A DNA stretch of 64,000 bases from IMG/VR virus record IMGVR_UViG_3300042507_004106; one strand, 5' to 3'. This DNA is from a virus (Duplodnaviria; Caudoviricetes). Positions 59,895 to 64,000 of this stretch are shown here, in pieces; position 1 is the first letter of the stretch, and the number at the start of each line of letters is the position of its first letter. A model generated the notes under the pieces. It was not told the origin of the DNA. It searched no databases and saw only the letters and a program-made list of their open reading frames with translations. Both the position numbers and the translations under genes were made by a program.

Positions 59895-60039
59895 TTGTTT
59901 ACCGTGATCGACACGGGCGAATAGAGTAGGTTGGGCAGTCCTCACCTCTGCCCTTGGGGGGTCCTCCTTCCTCCCCCCTGGTGAACATAGAATACCCTGG
60001 ATTGGGGGGCAGGTCAACCCCCTGACCCATTAGCGTCGC

Positions 60040-60933
60040 TTATGCGACCTGAAACCGTCCGCTGTTGAAATTATGATAAGCGAACACCTCACGATTCACC
60101 AGTTTGAACATACCAAACTCATTGGTCATCACATAACCTTCGGCATCAATACGGTTGCCATTGATGTATGCTGCAGGTCCGTCATTGCGGCAGATAAACA
60201 GGCAGTCATCTTTGATGCTCTTTACCAATGCCCACAAACGAATCAGGTTAGCGTCACAATCGAAATCTTCTGCGACGATCTGATCACCCGAACGGATGCA
60301 AGCGTTGATCTGCTGTTTGATCTTTGCTGCTTCCTTCTCACTCACGAACTGAGCAGTAGTAGACATTTGACGGGCAAAATCTACAACCTCTTTTACATCA
60401 GCGAACGACTCTTGATTGTGCAGAATGTAAGCATCAGGTTTGATGAACTTCACCGTTTCAGTATCATTCCAGACGGCACGATCAGGCATTGCGACTGCAT
60501 CACGAAGGTCGCTCTCAGCATAATAGCAAGTGTGAGGAGCGATGATAATCTCTTGAGAAACTACCTCACCAAACTTGTAAGTGATCGTATTGGGGCAATA
60601 CTCATCACTACCGCCAAAACCAATAAAATCACCTTGAATGATAGCATTTGCGCGAGGCAGATAATCAAAGCAAGAATGCAGAATACGCGCAACTTCACCC
60701 TGATAGAATGCATCAATCTCTTCATGATTGTGTGCAATACGAATCTTTTTCTTGTTAAAGACTGCCTTGGTTCCTACAAAGAATTCACCACAGGCAGGGT
60801 CGATGCCCCATACAATGGCGGGAGCACCGTCGATCTTAACGGACAGGGAACCAGGATTCACGAACCAATCCAGAACGGACAGGTCGCCCGTGAGGATGGT
60901 ATCTTCGGGGTGTTCGAGGTGGGTGTTCTTCAT
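60040..60933 (-). CDS. MKNTHLEHPED-family protein with ligase-like nucleotidyltransferase motifs
   Basis: SVKIDGAP (motif I KxDG), IQGDFI, AEGYVM, FKLV. Confidence 0.7.
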   Translation of the reverse strand: MKNTHLEHPEDTILTGDLSVLDWFVNPGSLSVKIDGAPAIVWGIDPACGEFFVGTKAVFNKKKIRIAHNHEEIDAFYQGEVARILHSCFDYLPRANAIIQGDFIGFGGSDEYCPNTITYKFGEVVSQEIIIAPHTCYYAESDLRDAVAMPDRAVWNDTETVKFIKPDAYILHNQESFADVKEVVDFARQMSTTAQFVSEKEAAKIKQQINACIRSGDQIVAEDFDCDANLIRLWALVKSIKDDCLFICRNDGPAAYINGNRIDAEGYVMTNEFGMFKLVNREVFAYHNFNSGRFQVA

Positions 60934-60939
60934 GCTCTT

Positions 60940-61035
60940 AAGATACCAGGGATTCAGGGGCAGCACAAGCGGTAGGGTGCCACCTTACGAACTGGCACAG
61001 GGTGACCCTCTACGGGGTCTGTGGCGTCTTATACT
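60940..61035. promoter_or_regulatory. Symmetric bidirectional early promoter around the 24-bp palindrome
   Basis: Motif GGTGCCA-N10-TGGCACA at 60976-60999; minus -10 TATCTT (60940-60945) and plus -10 TATACT (61030-61035), each exactly 30 nt away. Confidence 0.65.
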
Positions 61036-61125
61036 AAGGTCACAAGCGAAGGAGGGGCGGGGTAGCCCTGAAGACGAAAAAGGTCGCCACTGGGGCAGCT
61101 TTGAAATAGTAAGAAAGAAAGTATA

Positions 61126-61158
61126 AAAAAAGGGAGGCAATCGCCCCCCGATTCTTTA
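61126..61158. terminator. Intrinsic terminator hairpin, possibly bidirectional
   Basis: Minus strand CGGGGGGCGATTGCCTCCC-T7; short TTCTTT on the plus side. Confidence 0.65.
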
Positions 61159-61503
61159 TGCGAACATGAACCCATCTTGGAATTCGTATTCATTGTAGAC
61201 AGGAGAAGTTCCTGCCTGCCCGATGAACTTGTGGACGAACCAATTGAAGTTGCGTTGAAACACACATTCGCCCTTGATTCCATGCTCTTGAAGAATAGCA
61301 TTCAGGCGCGATTTGGTGGTCACAGACTGATAACCACCGTCAAAGATTTGCACGAAGTCATCACCAATGGTGGCGATGTGATTGCCGTGCAGGAACACTT
61401 TAGACTCTTGAGTTTCAGGGTCAAAGGTAACCTCAGTGTTGCCAGACTTCCAGTTGATGGAGTCACGAATGGCGGCGTTCATCTGCTGTTCGATCTTACG
61501 CAT
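61156..61503 (-). CDS. Early hypothetical protein
   Basis: Start MRKIEQQMNAAIR; promoter TTGCAA-N17-CATACT (61557-61529). Confidence 0.75.
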   Translation of the reverse strand: MRKIEQQMNAAIRDSINWKSGNTEVTFDPETQESKVFLHGNHIATIGDDFVQIFDGGYQSVTTKSRLNAILQEHGIKGECVFQRNFNWFVHKFIGQAGTSPVYNEYEFQDGFMFA

Positions 61504-61592
61504 TGGGGGTTTCCCTCTCAACAAATACAGTATGGATCAGATCGGGGGCAATTGCAAGGGGTCTTGTGCCACCTTGTGGACTGTCACATGGT

Positions 61593-61742
61593 TCAGGAAG
61601 TGTAGAGTGCGAAGTTGTACTGTTGCTGCAAACGAGTCAGAATGTCATCCCAGAACTCTTTATCCTCATCGTCATTGTATTGGTTGTTATCTTCAACCAA
61701 ACGAATCAGATTGTTAAGATCGTCAGGAGTGAGATAGTTCAT
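61593..61742 (-). CDS. Early acidic peptide (49 aa)
   Basis: Manual translation MNYLTPDDLNNLIRLVEDNNQYNDDEDKEFWDDILTRLQQQYNFALYTS; TGATG-coupled. Confidence 0.7.
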   Translation of the reverse strand: MNYLTPDDLNNLIRLVEDNNQYNDDEDKEFWDDILTRLQQQYNFALYTS

Positions 61743-61897
61743 CAGACTTCATCCCTCATTTCAGAAAGTTTGTCATACAATGCAGAAACATCTACATTCA
61801 GTTGTTCACTCACGAAACTCCAATCATCATGAAACTCAATGAGTGCCAGAATGGCATCCAGTTCCTCAAATGTCAACGAAGTGAGAGTCATTGTCAT
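61742..61897 (-). CDS. Early acidic peptide (51 aa)
   Basis: Manual translation MTMTLTSLTFEELDAILALIEFHDDWSFVSEQLNVDVSALYDKLSEMRDEV; TGATG-coupled. Confidence 0.7.
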   Translation of the reverse strand: MTMTLTSLTFEELDAILALIEFHDDWSFVSEQLNVDVSALYDKLSEMRDEV

Positions 61898-62022
61898 CAG
61901 TAATCGTAGTTTGCGTTCAGGTACTCATTCACATCGAACTTTTCATCTTTCAGTTCGGGAATGTCCATGTCAAAGATCTCACCAGGAGCATCTTGAATCT
62001 CAGACCAGAGTTCATCAAACAT
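61897..62022 (-). CDS. Early acidic peptide (41 aa)
   Basis: Manual translation MFDELWSEIQDAPGEIFDMDIPELKDEKFDVNEYLNANYDY; -10 TACATT at 62047-62052. Confidence 0.7.
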   Translation of the reverse strand: MFDELWSEIQDAPGEIFDMDIPELKDEKFDVNEYLNANYDY

Positions 62023-62059
62023 GGTTTGTCTCTCAGGAACGAATGTAATGTAGCAGGAA

Positions 62060-62317
62060 TCAGGAACGCTTGGTGCGCTTCTGTGCCACTTTCACAGGCG
62101 GCACATCAGCATTCAGTTGTGCCAGCAGTTGATCCACAATGGTATCAACGAACTGCAGAACAGTTTGCATCATCTTACGGGTCTTTTCTTTGCCATTGTT
62201 CTCATTGAACGAACGCACAGCAAACTGTACAATTCCCACAACGATTGCGGAGATGGTAGCAACGTTGAAGATCAACGTGTCGATGAAAGTCCAGTAGAAA
62301 GTGTTGGTGGTTTTCAT
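62060..62317 (-). CDS. Early putative membrane protein
   Basis: Start MKTTNTFYW; hydrophobic LIFNVATISAIVVGIVQFAV; promoter TTGCAT-N17-TATGTT (62395-62367). Confidence 0.65.
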   Translation of the reverse strand: MKTTNTFYWTFIDTLIFNVATISAIVVGIVQFAVRSFNENNGKEKTRKMMQTVLQFVDTIVDQLLAQLNADVPPVKVAQKRTKRS

Positions 62318-62409
62318 AACAAATGGTGTGGGAGGTTGGTGTAGAGAATTCCTCAACCACGAATCAAACATAACAGGGGGGCAGCACGAATGCAACCCCC
62401 CTTGTACCA

Positions 62410-62556
62410 CTATCCCAACTGTCCCACGAACTCCTGAATATAATAATCCAGCGGCAATTCCAGACGGTTTGCCTCACTTTCCCATTCTTTCCATTCGGCT
62501 TCCGAAGCATCATTAATGAAGTCTTCGAAAGTATATTCAAAAGCGGGACCGCACAT
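62410..62556 (-). CDS. Early acidic peptide (48 aa)
   Basis: MCGPAFEYTFEDFINDASEAEWKEWESEANRLELPLDYYIQEFVGQLG; promoter TAGACT-N17-TACATT (62609-62581). Confidence 0.6.
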   Translation of the reverse strand: MCGPAFEYTFEDFINDASEAEWKEWESEANRLELPLDYYIQEFVGQLG

Positions 62557-62635
62557 AATCAAAAACTCAGGAACGAATGCAATGTAGGACGGATTGGGCA
62601 GGAAGTCTAGGGGTCTTGTGCCACCTTGTAGACTG

Positions 62636-62842
62636 TCACACCTCCGCCAATTGATTAATAATATTGCGGGCAAACTTCATGAAATCATAAGCAGTCACAC
62701 CACCTTTGTGATTGTCGATAGCATAACCATCCAAAACATCGGTTTGATTATACGTGTTCACAATCAGCAGGCAAGCATCATACAGTGCTGCAGAATGTTC
62801 TTCCTTGGAGTTAAACTGGAGAGCGTTGAAGGAAGGAAGCAT
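62636..62842 (-). CDS. Early small hypothetical protein
   Basis: Start MLPSFNALQF; promoter TTGTGG-N17-TATGTT (62893-62865). Confidence 0.6.
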   Translation of the reverse strand: MLPSFNALQFNSKEEHSAALYDACLLIVNTYNQTDVLDGYAIDNHKGGVTAYDFMKFARNIINQLAEV

Positions 62843-62989
62843 CAGGAATCTCAGCGACGAATGTAACATAACCGATTTCCGCCCCCACCACAAGGGGGAT
62901 TGTGCCACTTCTAGAATCGTCACATATAACGCTAGCATTATATTGTATTATAATATTATAACTGGTCCAGTTATAAAAGTGTCACAATA

Positions 62990-63139
62990 TCAGAATGGAT
63001 CAAATTCCTTGGTGCTAGCATAGACTTCTTCGTCACCTTCAAGATCTAATAATTCTTTCCAGTCTATATGTTCTACATCTAGATCATCATAACACATGAT
63101 GTCTAAATGTACACGTACTAGGCGTTTCTGTGCTATCAT
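62990..63139 (-). CDS. Acidic peptide (49 aa)
   Basis: Manual translation MIAQKRLVRVHLDIMCYDDLDVEHIDWKELLDLEGDEEVYASTKEFDPF. Confidence 0.6.
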   Translation of the reverse strand: MIAQKRLVRVHLDIMCYDDLDVEHIDWKELLDLEGDEEVYASTKEFDPF

Positions 63140-63170
63140 AGTACTAGATGCATATGTGTACTAGATTGTA

Positions 63171-63311
63171 TCATGCATAATGACGATACGCGAGATCTTG
63201 ATAATCATGCGCGTCTCGTGCATAGTCCTCGTCGAGCTCTTGTGTATAATACTCTTCGAGATCCGCATAATCGTTTGTGTATGTGTAGTCGAGATCGTAA
63301 TCGTCGTACAT
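63171..63311 (-). CDS. Tyr/Asp-rich peptide (46 aa)
   Basis: Manual translation MYDDYDLDYTYTNDYADLEEYYTQELDEDYARDAHDYQDLAYRHYA; promoter TTGCAT-N17-TACAAT (63369-63341). Confidence 0.65.
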   Translation of the reverse strand: MYDDYDLDYTYTNDYADLEEYYTQELDEDYARDAHDYQDLAYRHYA

Positions 63312-63313
63312 AA

Positions 63314-63395
63314 CTCGTCGAGCTTATTGAATACTAGTATATTGTAGCATAAAGCTCGACGAGATGCAAACTAGATGTGAGTTCTCGTCGAGCTT
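63314..63395. repeat. Three 12-bp CTCGTCGAGCTT elements in alternating orientation
   Basis: 63314-63325 (+), 63352-63363 (-), 63384-63395 (+); an 11-bp copy at 63228-63238. Confidence 0.9.
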
Positions 63396-63456
63396 CTAGT
63401 ACATATATATGCAATCTAGTTGATTTCTAGTCTAGCTTTATGTTAGAATACAAATA

Positions 63457-63825
63457 ATGTTTAGACTAGATTTTATAATGAGATCTCTACGAGAATTAAA
63501 TCCACTTCTAGAAGGATATTGTGCGACTTATGATGGTAAGGTAATATCTAGAAAAAATAAAGTACTTAAGCAATTCAGAAGGAACAAACAGTCTAGGTGT
63601 CCCTATTTAAGTATCAGTGTGTGGGATAAGACCTCTGGTTTTGCAAGACAATTCTTTGTACATCGACTTGTAGCGTATCAATATTGTGATTTAAATCTTG
63701 AAGATATAACAGGTCTTGTGGTTAATCATATCGATGGTAACCCTCATAATAACCATGCAAAAAACTTAGAGTGGGTTACGCAAAAAGAAAACGTACTTAA
63801 GTATCACAGTAACGTTATAACATAA
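63457..63825 (+). CDS. HNH homing endonuclease (HNH_3-type); the only confident plus-strand gene
   Basis: FFVHRLVA...VVNHIDGNPHNNHAKNLEWVTQKEN. Confidence 0.9.
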   Translation: MFRLDFIMRSLRELNPLLEGYCATYDGKVISRKNKVLKQFRRNKQSRCPYLSISVWDKTSGFARQFFVHRLVAYQYCDLNLEDITGLVVNHIDGNPHNNHAKNLEWVTQKENVLKYHSNVIT

Positions 63826-63883
63826 TTGCATGAGGTCTGTGTGAATTTTTGTGTCGGTCTGGGGATATTTGCGGGGGTGGGGC

Positions 63884-63912
63884 TTGACGAACTGCGAGTC
63901 TTATGCTACGCT
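63884..63912 (+). promoter_or_regulatory. Plus-strand sigma70 promoter
   Basis: TTGACG-N17-TACGCT with extended -10 TGn. Confidence 0.6.
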
Positions 63913-63925
63913 CGCTTAGCTCACA

Positions 63926-64000
63926 AGACCTGGAGGGGTTTATAAGGTACTGGAGGCATTTATAAGCATTTAGAGCACTTAGACCTGGAGGGGTTTATAA
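63926..64000 (+). repeat. Short direct repeats CTGGAGG(GG/CA)TTTATAA
   Basis: AGACCTGGAGGGGTTTATAA at 63926-63945 and 63981-64000; variant CTGGAGGCATTTATAAG at 63950-63966. Confidence 0.85.

Larger units (their letters stand above)
61557..62640. repeat. 32-bp direct repeat with 1 mismatch (61557-61588 and 62609-62640)
   Basis: AGGGGTCTTGTGCCACCTTGT[G/A]GACTGTCACA in both copies. Confidence 0.9.

Noticed and set aside
59133-60975. Plus-strand ORFs of 263 aa and 300 aa
   Set aside because: In-register antisense shadows of the nuclease-like and ligase-like genes, which have the promoters and motifs
56460-63400. Repeat-spacer pattern considered as a CRISPR array or integron attC array
   Set aside because: Repeats are degenerate promoter elements, the spacers are ORFs of variable length, and no cas or integrase gene is present

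Overview
This is a 64 kb segment of a T4-like (Kyanoviridae-type) cyanomyophage genome. The host is inferred from gene content and synteny; no photosynthesis genes lie in this window. Almost every gene is on the minus strand. From left to right: a CobS-like AAA+ / CobT-like VWA-metallopeptidase pair (1-3.1 kb), a recombination and late-transcription block (gp46, gp47, gp55, uvsW, uvsY, plus two free-standing GIY-YIG endonucleases), and the complete head-tail-baseplate module (gp3, 23, 22, 21, 20, 19, 18, 17, 16, 15, 14, 13, a 2430-aa DUF4815-type protein, gp8, a 3971-aa gp7-like protein, gp6, gp25). Next is a small cluster of speD, an ATP-grasp-like gene and a GT-A glycosyltransferase. The most unusual part, 56.5-63.4 kb, is visibly GC-richer: an array of about 17 sigma70-type early-promoter cassettes, each driving 1-3 small ORFs. 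Many carry a 24-bp imperfect palindrome at a fixed 30 nt upstream of the -10 box. Cargo includes a solitary HicA-like toxin, a KxDG ligase-like nucleotidyltransferase, a PD-(D/E)xK-like nuclease, a winged-HTH protein and several very acidic peptides. The strand switches at about 63.4 kb in a palindrome-rich hub next to an HNH gene. Several head-region ORFs look like capsid-targeted, gp21-processed internal proteins, one with an RlpA-like fold. I saw no tRNA, rRNA, CRISPR array, intron or intein. Family assignments come from motif recognition only; no database searches were run.
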